Shown here piece by piece: positions 51,701 to 64,000 of a stretch of 64,000 nt of DNA; the first letter of the stretch is position 1; the number at the start of each line of letters is the position of its first letter. A program made the translations under genes and the position numbers. Location: assembly GCA_030390025.1 (NCBI GenBank), contig CM059431.1, forward strand, positions 149,608,001 to 149,672,000, read 5' to 3'. This stretch comes from Squalus acanthias (lineage: Eukaryota). The notes under the pieces are model-generated. The model ran no database searches. It saw only the letters and a list, made by a program, of their open reading frames with translations, and was not told the origin of the DNA.

Positions 51701-54700
51701 GACAGTGCAGCGCTCCCTCAGTACAGCCCCTCCGTCAGTGCAGCGCTCCCTCATTACTTCCCCTCCGACAGTGCTGCGCCATCGCAGTACTGCCCCTCCG
51801 ACAGTGCAGAGCTCCCTCAGTACTGCCCCTCCGACAGTGCAGCGCTCCCTTAGTACTACCCCTCCGATAGTGTAGAGTTCACTCATTACTGACCCTCCAT
51901 CAGTGGAGCTCTCCTCGGCACTGATCCTCTGACAGTGCGGTGCTCCATCAGTACTGACCCTCCGACAGTGCGGCGCTCCCTCAGTACAGCCGATCTGACA
52001 GTGCAGTGCTCCCTCAGTACTACCCCTCCGACAGAGCAGTGATCCCTCAGTACTGCCCCTACGACAATGCAGTAGTCCCTCAGCACTGCCCCTCCGACTG
52101 TGCAGCTCTCCCTCAGTACTGCCCCGTAAAGAGTGCAGCGCTCCCTCAGTACTGCCCCTCCAACAGTGCAGCGTTCCTCAGTACTGCCCCTCCGACCGTC
52201 CAGCGCTCCCTCAGTACTGCCCCTCCGACAGTGCGGCGCTTCATCGGTACTGCCCCTCCGACAGTGCAGTGCTTCCTCAGTACCGCCCCTCCAGCATTGC
52301 AGCACTCCCTCAGTATTGCCCCTCCGACTGTTCGGCGCTTCGCTGGTACTGCCTCTCCGACAGTGCGGTGCTCCCTCAGTACTGCCCCTCTGAGACTGCA
52401 GTGCTCCCTCAGTACTGCCCCTCCAACAGTGCAGCGATCCCTCAGTACTGACCATCGACAGTGCCGCGCTCCCACTGTAATGCCCCTCCGTCAGTGCTGC
52501 GCTCCCTCATTACTTCCCCTCCGACAGTGCAGTGCTCCCTCAGTACTGCCCCTCCGACAGTGCAGAGCTCCCTCAGTACTGCCCCTCCGACAGTGCAGAG
52601 CTGCTTCAGTACTGCCCATCCGACAGTGCAGCGCTCACTAAGTACTGGCCCTCCGACAGTGCAGTGTTCCCTCTGTAGTGCGCATCCGTCAGTGCAGCAC
52701 TCCCTCAGTACTGACCCTGTGACAGTGCGGCCCACCCTCAGTACTGCCCCTCCGACAGTTCGGCGCTCCCTCAGTACTGCCTCTCTGACAGTGCAGTGCT
52801 CCCTCAGTACTGCCGGTCCGACAATGCAGCGCTCCCTCAGTACTGCCCCTCTGAGAGTTCAGTGCTCCCTCAGTACTGCCACTCCGATAGTGCAGCGCTC
52901 CCTCAGAACTGCCCCTCCGACAGTGCGGCGCTCCCTCGGACCTGCCCCTCCGACAGTGCAGCACTCCCGCAGCACTGCCCCTCCATCAGTGCAGCGCTCC
53001 CTCAGTATTTACCCTCCGACAGTGCGGCGCTCCCTCATTTCTTCCAGTCCAACAGTGCAGCGCTCCCTCAGTCTGACTGTCCATTAGTGCAGCTCTCCCT
53101 CAGTACTGCCCCTTCGACAGTGCAGCGCTCCCTCATTACGGCCCATCCGTCAGTGCAGCGCTCCCACATTACTGCCCCTCCAACAGTGCCGCGCTCCCTC
53201 ATTACTGCCCCTCCGACAGTGCAGTGCTCACTCAGTGCTGCCCATCCGTCAGTGCAGCAATCCCTCAGTGCTGTCCCTCTGACAGTGCGGCCCTCCCTCA
53301 CTTCTGCCCCTCCGACAGTGTGGCGCTCCCTCAGTACTGCCCCTCTGACAGTGCAGTGCTCCCTCAGTACTGCCCCTCCGATAATGTAGCGCTCCCTCAG
53401 GACTGCCCCTCCGACAGTGATGCGTTCCCTCGGTACTGCGCCTCCGACAGTGCAGCGCTCACTCAGCACTGCCCCTCCGACAGTGCATCGCTTCTGCAGC
53501 ACTGCCCATCCGACAGTGCAGCGCTCCCTCATTTCTGTCCCTCCAGCAGTGCAGTGCTCCCTCAGTACTGACCCTCCTACAGTGCAGCGGTCACTCAGTA
53601 CTGCCCCTCCGACAGTGCAGTGTTCCCTCAGTACTGCCCCACCGACAGTGCAACGCTCTCTCCTGCTGCCCATCCAGCAGTGCAGCGCTCCCTCAGTAAA
53701 GCTCCTCCAAGAGTGGGGCGCTCCCTCGCTACTGCCTCTCCGACAGTGCGGTACTCACTCAGTACTAACCCTTCCACAATGCAGTGTCCATAAGTACTGC
53801 CCGTCCCACAGTGCAGCGCTCCCTCGTACTGCCCCTCCGACAGTGCAGCGCTCCCTCAGTACTGCCCCTCCGACAGTGCAGCGCTCCCTCAGTACTTCCC
53901 CTCCGGCAGTGCGGCACTCCCTCAGTACTGTCCCTCCAACCGTGCAGCGCTCCCTCAGTTCTGCCCCTCCGACAATGCAGTGCTCCTTCGGTACAGCCCC
54001 TCCGACAGTGCAGAGGTCACGCAGTACTGCCCCTCCGACAGTGCAGCGCGCCCAGTACTGCCCCTCCAGCAGGGCAGCGCTCCCTCAATACTGCCCCTCC
54101 GACAGTGCTGTGCTCCCTCAGTACTGCCCCTCCCACAGTGCAGCATCCCTTATTGCTACCCTTCCGACAGTGCAGCGCTCCCTTGGTACTGCCCATCCGA
54201 CAGTTCAGCGCTCCCTCAGTACTGCCCCTCCGACAGTGCAGCGCTCTCTCAGTACTGCCCCTCCGAAAGGTCGGCGCTCCCTCAGTACTCCCACTCTGAC
54301 AGTGCGGTGATCCATCGGAACTGCCCGTCCGACAGTGCAGAGCTCCTTCAGTCTGACCCTCTGTCAGTGCAGCGCTCCCTCTGTACTGCCCCTCCGTCAG
54401 TGCAGTGCTCGTTCAGTTCTGCACCTCTGAGACTGCAGTGCTCCCTCAGTACTGCCCCTCCAACAGTGCAGCGATCCCTCAGTACTGACCTTCCCACCGT
54501 GCACTGCTCCCTCAATCTGACTCCCCATCAGTGCAGCGCTCCCTAAATAACTTCCTCCGAGAGTGCAGTGCTCACTCATTACCACGACTCCATCATTGCA
54601 GCACACCCTCAGCACGCCCCCTCCATCAGTGCACGCTCCCTCAGTACTGCCCCTCCGACAGTGCGGCGGTCCCTCAGTACTGCACGTCCAACAGTGCAGC

Positions 54701-57700
54701 GCTCCCTCAGTCTGACTCTGCATTAGTGCAGCGCTCCCACAGTACTGCCCATCCGTCAGTGCTGTGCTCCCTCATTACTGCCCCTCCGACAGTTCAGCGC
54801 TGCTTCAGTACTGCTCCTCCGACAGTGCAGCGCACCCTCAATACTGTCCCTCCGACAATGCAGAGCTCCCTCAGTACTGCACCTCCGACAGTGCAGCGCT
54901 CCCTCAGTACTACCCTCCGAAAGTGCAGAGGTCCCTCAGTACTGCCATACCGACAGTGCAGCGCTCCCTCAGTACTACCCCTCCAGCAGTGCGGCGCTCA
55001 CTCAGTACTGCCCCTCCGACAGTGCAGCTCCCAAGCAGTACTGCACCTCCGACAGTGCGGTAATCCATCGGTACTGCCCCTACGACAGTGCAGAGCTCCC
55101 TCAGTACTGCCCCTCCCATAGTGCAGCGCTCCCTCAGTACTGCCCCTCCAGCAGGGCAGCGCTCCCTCAGTTCTGCCCGTCCGACAGTGCTGTGCTCCCT
55201 CAGTACTGCCCCTCGCACAGTGCTGCCCCCCTTAGTACTGCCCGTCCGACAGTGCAGCGCTCCATCGGTACTGGCCTTCCGACAGTTCAGCGCTCCCTCA
55301 ATACTGCCCCTTCCACAGTGCAGCGCCCCTCAGAACTGCCCGTCCGACAGTGCGGCGCTCACTCATCGCTCCCACTCCGACAGTGCAGCGCTCCCTCAGT
55401 ACTGACTCTCTGACAGTGCAGCGCTCCCTCAGTCTGACCCTCTGGCAGTGCAGCGCTCCCTCAGTACTGCCCCTCCATCAGTGCAGTGCTCCCTCAGTTC
55501 TGCGCCTCTGAGCCTGCAGTACTCCCTCAGTCTGACTCTCCATCAGTGCGACTCTCCATCAGTGCAGCGCTCCATCAATAACTTCCCTCCGAGAGTGCAG
55601 TGCTCACTCATTACCACAACTCCATCATTGCAGCGCACCCTCAGCACTCCCCCTCCATCAGTGCACGCTCCCTCAGTTCTGCCCCTCTGAGAGTGCGGCG
55701 CTCCCTCAGTACTGCCCGTCCAACAGTGCAGCGCTCCCTCAGTCTGACTCTGCATTAGTGCAGCGCTCCCTCAGTACTGCCCATCGACAGTGCCGCGCTC
55801 CCACTGTACTGCCCCTCCGTCAGTGCTGCGCTCCCTCATTACTGCACCTCCGGTAGTTCAGCGCTCCCACAGTACTGCCCCTCCTGCAGTGCAGAGCTCC
55901 CTCAGTACTGCCCCTCCGGCAGTACAGAGCTCCTTCAGTACTGCCCATCCGACAGTGCAGCGCTCACTAAGTACTGCCCCTCCGACAGTGCAGTGTTCCC
56001 TCTGTAGTGCCCATCCGTCAGTGCAGCACTCCCTCAGTACTGACCCTGTGACAGTGCGGCCCACCCTCAGTAATGCCCCTCCGACAGTGCAGCACTCCCT
56101 CAGCACTGCCCCTCCTACAGCGCAGCGCTCCCCCAGCACTGCACGTGCGACAGTTCAGCGCTCCCTCGCTACTGCCCCGTAAACAGAGCAGCGCTCCCTC
56201 AGTTTTGCCCCTCCAACATTTCAGCGCTCCCTCAGTACTGCCCCTCTGACAAGGCAGCGCTGCCTCAGTACTGCCCCTCCGAAGTGCGGCGCTCCATCGG
56301 TACTGCCCCTCAGACAGTGCAGCGCTCCCACAGTACTGCTCTTCCAGTTGTGCAGCGCTCCCTCAACACTGTCCCTCTGACAGTGCGGCGCTCCCTCCGT
56401 ACTGCCTCTTCGACAGTGCGGGGCTCACTTAGTAACGCCGCTCCCACAGTGCAGCATCCCTTAGTACTGCCCGTCCCACAGTGCAGCGCTCCCTCGGTAC
56501 TGCGCTTCCGACAGTTCAGCGCTCCCTCAGTACTGCCACTCCGACAGTGCAACGCTTCCTCAGTACTGCCCCTCCGACAGTGCAGCGCTCCCTCAGTACT
56601 GATCCCCCAACAGTGCACCGCTCCCTCAGTACTGCCCCTCCAACAGTGCAGCGCTCCCTTAGTAATGCCCATCCGACAGTGCAGCGCTCTCTGAGTACTG
56701 CCCCTCCGACAATGCGGTGCTCCATCGGTACTGACTCACCGACAGGGCAGAGCTCCCTCATTACTGCCCCTCCGAAAGTGCGGTACTCCGTCAGTACTGC
56801 CCCTCCCAAAGTGCAGCGTCCCTTAGTACTGCCCGTCCAAAAGTGCAGCGCTCAAACGGGACTGCCCTTCCGAAAGTTCAGAGCTCCCTCAGTACTGCCC
56901 CTCCAATAGTGTGCGCTCCCTCAGTACTGCCCCTCCAACAGTGCATTCTCCCTCTGTACATCCCCTCCGACAGTGCAGCGCTCCCTCAGTACTGCCCCTC
57001 CGACAATGCGGTGTTTCTTCCGTACTGCCCCTCCCATAGTGCAGAGCTCCCTCAGTCCTGCCCCTCCGACAATGCAGTGCTCCCACATTACTGCCCCTGC
57101 AACAGGAAAAAGATCCCTCAGTACTGACCCTCCTACCGTGCAATGCTCCCTCAATCTGACTCTCCATCAGTGAAGCGCTCCCTCAATACCGCCACACTTT
57201 CATTGCAGTGCAGCCGCAACACTGTCCCTCCATCAGTGCAGCGCTCCCTCATTACCGCCCCTCCGACAGTGCGGTGCTCCATCAGTACTGCCCGTCCAAC
57301 AGTGCAGCGCTCCCTCAGTCTGACTCTCTATTAATGCAGCGCTCCCTCAGTGCTGTCCCTTCGACAGTGCAGCGCTCCCTCAGTACAGCCCCTCCGTCAG
57401 TGCAGCGCTCCCTCATTACTTCCCCTCCGACAGTGCTGCGCCATCGCAGTACTGCCCCACGGACAGTGCAGAGCTCCCTCAGTACTGCCCCTCCGACAGT
57501 GCAGCGCTCCCTTAGTACTACCCCTCCGATAGTGTAGAGTTCACTCATTACTGACCCTCCATCAGTGGAGCTCTCCCTCGGCACTGATCCTCTGACAGTG
57601 CGGTGCTCCATCAGTACTGACCCTCCGACAGTGCGGCGCTCCCTCAGTACAGCCGATCTGACAGTGCAGTGCTCCCTCAGTACTACCCCACCGACAGAGC

Positions 57701-58514
57701 AGTGCTCCCTCAGTACTGCCCCTACGACAATGCAGTAGTCCCTCAGCACTGCCCCTCCGACTGTGCAGCTCTCCCTCAGTACTGCCCCGTAAAGAGTGCA
57801 GCGCTCCCTCAGTACTGCCCCTCCAACAGTGCAGCGCTCCCTCAGTACTGCCCCTCCAACCGTCCAGCGCTCCCTCAGTACTGCCCCTCCGACAGTGCGG
57901 CGCTTCCTCGGTACTGCCTCTCCGACAGTGCGGTGCTCCCTCAGTACTGCCCCTCTGAGACTGCATTGCTCCCTCAGTACTGCCCCTCCAACAGTGCAGC
58001 GATCCCTCAGTACTGACCCTCCGACCGTGCTTTGCTCCCTCAGTCTGACTCTCTGTCAGTGCAGCGCTCCCTCAATACCTTCCCTCCGAGAGTGTAGTGC
58101 TCCCTCAGTACCAAGACTCCGTCATTGCAGCGCACCCGCAGCACTGTCCCTCCATCAGTGCAGCTCTCCCTCAGTACTGACCCTCTGACAGTGCGGCGCT
58201 CCCTCAGTCCTGCACCTCCGACAGTGCAGCGCTCCCTCAGTACTGCCCCTCTGACGGTGCAGTGCTCCCTCAGTACTGACCCATCCGACAGTGCAGCTCT
58301 CCCTCAGTCTGACCCTCCGTTGGTGCAGCGCTCCCACAGTACTGCCCCTCCGTCAGTGCAGCGCTCCCTCAGTGCTGCCCCTCCGACAGTGCTGCGCTCC
58401 CTCAGTTCTGCCCCTCCGACAGTGCAGCGCTCCATCAGTACTTCCTTTCCGACAGTGCAGCCCTCTCTCAGTACGGAGTCTCTGACAGTGCAGCGCTCCC
58501 TCCGTTCTGCCTCT
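42720..58514. repeat. Satellite C: 33-bp C-rich unit CAGTACTGCCCCTCCGACAGTGCAGCGCTCCCT, with higher-order duplications
   Basis: Unit read directly from the sequence. 11-codon period (STAPPTVQRSL) across ~15.8 kb. Confidence 0.96.
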
Positions 58515-58515
58515 C

Positions 58516-58873
58516 GGCTGCCCGAATAGTTTCTGTGGAAGCGAGAGGGATTATGGGATGGAAGTGCCAATCCCGAACGGGCCTGGATCTGCTCCTACAA
58601 CTTTGGGATTTGCCACCAATTTGCCCCGGGGAAGATGGCCATGGTCAGGTTCTGGATGAGTTTAAGGCAGGAGAGGATGATTTCTCGCCGTTGCTTGTTG
58701 TTTCTGGCTGTCAGTGTGCGGCACTGTGTCCAAAAGGAGATGGCCCATCTTCCATTCTGCTGCTCTTCCGAGGCCAGTGACGACTCTGTTTAAACACGGG
58801 GAGTGAAAGACTTGATTTAGATTGTTACATCCAAGGTTCATGAGGAGCAAATGGTGGAAGCGTCCGGCTTGCC
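58516..58873 (-). other. Unidentified decayed coding-like fragment; paralog begins at 63905
   Basis: Minus frame GRWAISFWTQCRTLTARNNKQRREIILSCLKLIQNLTMAIFPGANWWQIPKL*EQIQARSGL. Differences from the 63905-64000 copy are enriched at synonymous positions. Confidence 0.45.
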
Positions 58874-58875
58874 AG

Positions 58876-60200
58876 AGTCAGCATCGAGCGCTCCCAGGGC
58901 AGGTACAGCACGGGTTAGATACAGTGTAGAGCTCCTTCTACATTACCCTGACAGTGTTTCCCCCACTTTATACTCATTGTCAGCATCGAGCGCTCCCAGG
59001 GTAGCTACAGCACGGGTTCGATACAGTGTTGAGCTCCTTCTACATTAGCCTGACAGTGTGTCTCCACTTTATACCTAGTGTCAGCATCGAGCGCACCCGG
59101 GGCAGGTACAGCACGGATTAGATATAGTGTAGAGCTCCCTCTACATTACCCTGACAGCTTGTCTCCACTTTGTACCCAGTGTCAGCATCGAGCGCTCCCA
59201 GGGCAGGTACAGCATGGGTAAGATACAGTGTAGAGCTCCCTCTACATCACCCTGACAGTGTGTCCCCCACTTTATACCAAGTGTCAGCATCGAGCACTCC
59301 CGGGGCAGGAACAGCACGGGTTAGATACAGTGTTGAGCTCCCTCTTCAGTACCAAGACAGTGTGTCCCCCACTTTATACACAGTGACAGCATCGAACACT
59401 ACCAGAGCATGTACAGCACGGGTTAGATACAGTGTTGAGCTCCCTCTAAATTACCGTGACAGTGTGTCCTCCACTGTATACCCAGTGTCAGCATCGAGCG
59501 ATCCCAGGGCAGGTAGAGCACGGATTAGATACAATGTAGAGCTCCCTATACAATACCCTGACAGTGTGACCGACTTTATACCCAGTGTCAGCATCGATCG
59601 CTCCCAGGGCAGGTACAGCACGGGTTAGATACACTGTAGAACTCCATCGGCATTACCCCTACAGTGTGACCCTACTTTATACCCAGTGTCAGCATCGAGC
59701 GCTTCCAGGGCAGGTACAGCACGGGTTAGATACGGAATAAAGCTTACTCTGCACTGACCCATCAATCAGACCCAGTATAGGTACAGCATGAGTTAGATAG
59801 AGAGGAAAGCTCCTTGTAAACTTGCCCATCTAACACTCCCAAAGCAGGAAAAGCACTGGTTAGATACAGAGTATCTATACATTACCCTGACAGTCTGTCC
59901 CCACATTATACACAGTGACAGCATCGAGCACTCCCGGGCATGTACAGCACGGATTAGATACGGAATAAAGCTTACTCTGCACTGACCCATCAATCAGACC
60001 CAGTATAGGTACAGCATGAGTTAGATAGAGAGGAAAGCTCCTTGTAAACTAGCCCATCTAACACTCCCAAAGCAGGAAAAGCACTGGTTAGATACAGAGT
60101 AAAGCTCCCTTCCAAACTGCCCCATCAAACGCTCCCAGGGCAGGTACAGCTCGGGTTAGATACAGAGTAAGTCGCCCTCTACACTGCCCCATCAAACACT
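58876..60200. repeat. Tandem array of a ~102-bp unit (core CTCCCAGGGCAGGTACAGCACGGGTTAGATACAG) grading into ~65-bp units; ~239-bp duplication near 59710-60095
   Basis: GTCAGCATCGAG recurs at 58877, 58979, 59079, 59181, 59283 and onward. Confidence 0.9.
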
Positions 60201-63200
60201 TAAAGCGAAGGGAAAGCAACTTTGACTCCGGACCCACTGAAGACACATACCTTGAGGTTGAGCATGGGCAAGGAACCCTCCTGCTGATTTCCACATACCG
60301 CCCTCCCTTAGCTGATGAATCAGTACTCATCCATGTCGAACACCACTTGGAAGAAGCTCTGAGAGCAGCATGGAAACAGAATGTACTCTGGGTGGGGGAA
60401 TTCAATGTCCATCACCAAGAGTGGCTCGGTAGCTCCACTACTGAACGAGCTGGCCGAATCCTGAAGGACATAGCAGTCTGGGCATGCGACAGGAGGTCAG
60501 AGAACCAACATGAGGCAAACATTTACTTCAACTCGTCCTCACCAATCTGCCTGTCGCAGATGCACCTGTCGCAGATTCATCTGTCCATGACAGCCTTGGT
60601 AGATGTAACCATCGCACAGTCATTGTGGAGACGAAGTCCCGTCTTCACACTGGGGACACCCTCCATCCTGTTGTGCGGCACTACAACCGTGCTAAATGGG
60701 ATAGATTCAGAACCGATCTAGCATCTCAAGACTGGGCATCCTTGAGGCGCGATGGGCCATCAGCAGCAGCAGAATTGTATTCTGTAACCTCATTGCCCGG
60801 CATATCGCTCACTCTACCATTGCCATCAATCCAGGGGACCAATCCTAGTTCAATAAGGATTGTCATGATGTGGAGATGCCGGCGTTGGACTGGGGTGTAC
60901 AAAAATCAGAAGTCGCACAACACCAGGTTATAGTCCATCAGATTTATTTAATTTTACAAGCTTTCGGAGCTGTTCGCTCCTTCTTCAGGTAAGGTAGCTG
61001 TGAGAGAATCTCCCAGAATTCACAATATAAACACAGTAAAAATGTATTCAAATCTTTCCCAACATCAAAGACACACTAAAAGCACAGCCAAGACAATGAG
61101 ATGTGTCCCAGGGGGTCCAACGTGTCAAAACACCTGCTGGCCGCATATCCTCTCCAGTTTTGTCGTGTCAGTCTTTTTAAAACAAAACCTGGAAAGACCG
61201 GCCATGATGTCAAGTCACGTTCTGTATCGTGACATGAACCCGATATCGCGATTGAGGCCATCCTCATGAGTGCGGAACTTGGCTATCAGTTTCTGCTCTA
61301 TGATTTTGCGCTGTCGTGTATCCCGAAGGCCGCCTTGGAGAACGCTTACCCGCAGATCCGAGGCTGAATGCCCCTGACTGCTGAAGTGTTCCCCGACTGG
61401 GAGGCAACCCTCCTACCTGGCGATTGTTGCGCGGTGTCCGTTCATATGTTGTCTCAGTGTCTTCATGGTCTCGCCGATGTACCATGCTCTGGAGCATCCT
61501 TTACTGCAACGTATCAGGTAGACAACGTTGGCCGAGTCACATGAGTATGAACCATGTACCTGGTGGGTAGTGTCCTCACGTGTGATGATGGTATCTGTGT
61601 CCATGATTTGGCATGTCTTGCAGAGGTTGCCGTGGCAGGGTTGTGTGGTGTCGTGGTTGCTGTTCTCCTGAAAGATGGGTAATCTGCTGCGAACGATGGT
61701 ACTTTTGAGGTTAGGCGGCTTGTAGCAGAGCATGCCGGGAGCAGCATCAGGCGCACCTGAAAATGAGGTGCCAACCTGGGGAAGCGGAAACAGCCTGCTA
61801 TAGACAGGGCGAAGCGATCCCACAATCAACGGATCAGATCAAGGCTCTGCAGTCCTGCCACATCCAGTCGTGAATGGTGGTGGACCATCAAACAACTAAC
61901 GTGAGGTTGAAGCTCCTTGAATATCCGCATCTTCAATGATGGTGGAGCCCACGACGTGAGGACAAAAGACAAGGCTCAAGTGTTTGCAACCATCTTCAGC
62001 CAGATCTGCCGATTGGATGACATATCGGCCTCCTCCTGAGGTCCCCACCATCACAGGAGCTAGTCTTCAGCCAATTCGATTTACTCCACGTGACATCAAA
62101 AAATTACTGAGCCCATTGGATAAAACAAAGGCCCCGACAAATCCCGGCTATCGTGCTGAAGACGTGTGATCCAGAACTAGCCGAGCCTCTAGCCAAGCTG
62201 CTCCACTGCAGCAACAACACTGGCATCTATCCGACAGTGTGAAAAACTACCCAGGTATGTCCTGTCCACAAAAAGCAGGACAAATCCAACCCGGCCAATT
62301 ACCGCCCCATCAGTTTACTCTGAATCATCAGCAAAGTGATGGAAGGTGTACTCGACACTGCTATCAAGTGGTACTTACTCACCAATAACCTGCTCACTGA
62401 TGCCCAGTTTGGGATCCGCTAAGACCACTCCTCTTCCGACCTCATTACAGCTTTGGTCCAAACATGGACAAAGTAGATGAATTCCAGAGGTGTGGTGAGA
62501 GTGACTTCCCTTGACATCAAGGCAGCATTTGACCGAGTCTGGCATCAAGGAGTCCTAGTAAAATTGAAGCCATTGGGAATCAGAGGGAAAACGCTCCACT
62601 GGCTGGAGTTATACCTAGCACAAAGTTAGATGGTTGTAGTGGTTGAAGGTCAATCATCTCAGCCCCAGTACTTCGCTGCAGGAGTTCCTCAGTGCAGTTT
62701 CCTCGGCCCAACCATGTTCAGCTGCTTTATCAATGGCCTTCCCTCCAGCATAAGATGAGAAATGGGAATGTTCGCTGATGACTGCACAGTTTTTCTTCCA
62801 CCACAAATCCTCAGATAATGAAGCAGTCCATGCCCGCATGCAACAAGTCCTGGACTACGTTTAGGCTTGGACTGATAAGTGGCAGGTAACATTCACGCCA
62901 CAGAAGTGCCAGGGAATGATTATCTCCAAAAAGCGAGAGTCTAACCACTGCTCCTTGACATTCAACGGCATTGCCATTACCGAATCACCCACCATCAACA
63001 ACTGGGGTTCACCATTGAACAGAAACTTCACTGGACCAGCCACATAAATACTGTGGGAACAGGAGCAGATCAGAGGCTGCGAGTGTCTCAGCTTTGACTC
63101 CCCAAAGTCTTTTCTCCATCTACTTGCCACAAGTAAGGAGTGTGATGGAGATAAACTCCACTTTCCTGGATGAGTGCAGCGCCTACAACACTCAAGAAGC

Positions 63201-63662
63201 TCGACATCATCCAGGACAACGCAACCCACTTGGTTGGCACCCAATCAAAAATCTTAAACGTTCACTCCCTACACCACCGGCGTACCGTGGCTGCAGTGTG
63301 TACCATCTACAAGATGCACTGCAGCAGCTCATCAAGGCTTCTTCGGCAGCACCTCCCAAACCCGTGATCTCTTCCACCTAGAAGGACAAGGGAAGCAGGC
63401 GTATGGGAACACCACCACCTCCAAGTTCATCTCCAAGTCACACATGATCCTGACATAGAAATATATCGCCGATACTTCATCGTCGCTGGGTCAAAACGCT
63501 GGGAATTTCTCCCAAACAGCACTGTGGGAGTACCTTCAGCACATGGACTGCAGCGGTATTAGAAGGCGGCTCACCAACGCCTTCTCGAGGGCAATTATAG
63601 ATGAAGAATAATTGCTGGCCTTTCCAGGGACGCCCAAAGCACAGCAACGAATAAAAAAAAAA
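60201..63662 (+). mobile_element. CR1/L2-group LINE of a distinct family, 5'-truncated and decayed, with an A-rich tail; interrupted by a PLE
   Basis: Endonuclease TYRPP and WVGEFNVHHQEWLGS. RT NYRPISLL, QFG, LDIKAAFDRVWH, GVPQ and MFADD. AATAAAAAAAAAA at 63650-63662. Confidence 0.88.
60862..61724 (-). mobile_element. PLE 3' fragment (GIY-YIG endonuclease and pseudo-LTR with hammerhead-like core at 60958-60988)
   Basis: CHGNLCKTC...VVYLIRCSKGCSRAWYIGET...HR. Collinear with 15634-16470. The LINE sequence resumes at ~61725. Confidence 0.9.
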
Positions 63663-63667
63663 TCATA

Positions 63668-63904
63668 ACGCTCCAACGCTGCAGCGCTCCCTCAGTACTG
63701 CCACTATAACAGAGGAGCGGTCCCTCAATACTGGTCCCTCAGAAAGTGCAGCGCTCGCTCTGTACTGATCCTCCCACAGTGAAGCGCTCCCTCAGTACTG
63801 CTCCACTGACAGTGTGGCGTTCCCTCAGTAACGCCCTTCGACAGTGCGGTGCTCCCTTAATACTGCCCCTCCGACAGTGTGGCGCTCCCTCAGTTCTGCC
63901 CCTT
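63668..63904. repeat. Short second array of satellite C
   Basis: About 7 copies of the same 33-bp unit. Confidence 0.9.
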
Positions 63905-64000
63905 GGCTGCCCGAATAGTTTCTATGGAAGGGAGGTGTTTATGTTAGTGACGTACCAATCCTGATTGGGCTTGGATCTTTTCCTCAACTTTAGGGATTAG

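Noticed and set aside
42711..58529. Long mucin-like or Cys-rich ORFs of up to 436 aa
   Set aside because: The 33-bp unit lacks stops in most frames, so ORFs overlap on both strands and shift frame freely. They are artefacts of the satellite.

Overview
This window is eukaryotic, almost entirely repetitive DNA with no intact host gene. The repeat families (CR1/HER1-type LINEs, Penelope-like elements, DeuSINE-like satellite) suggest a cartilaginous fish such as a shark; this is an inference. Three 32-33 bp satellite arrays and one ~102 bp array form the background, with many nested insertions: six decayed CR1 LINE copies, one CR1/L2-group LINE, five Penelope-like pieces with hammerhead-ribozyme-type motifs, and two copies of a Harbinger-like MITE at the same phase of the satellite unit. 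The outstanding feature is a minus-strand endogenous foamy (spuma)-like retrovirus at 30857-38321. It has a 4-bp TCTC target-site duplication, a long 5' LTR, a tRNA-Lys1,2-type primer binding site, a spumavirus-type Gag without a zinc knuckle, a YVDD reverse transcriptase, RNase H and an integrase with a foamy-type C-terminus. One deletion removed env and the U3 part of the 3' LTR. An unidentified coding-like fragment appears twice (58516-58873 and 63905-64000), each time joined to the same satellite at the same point. All alignments and protein comparisons were made by eye or from memory; boundaries are approximate unless fixed by a TSD or TIR.
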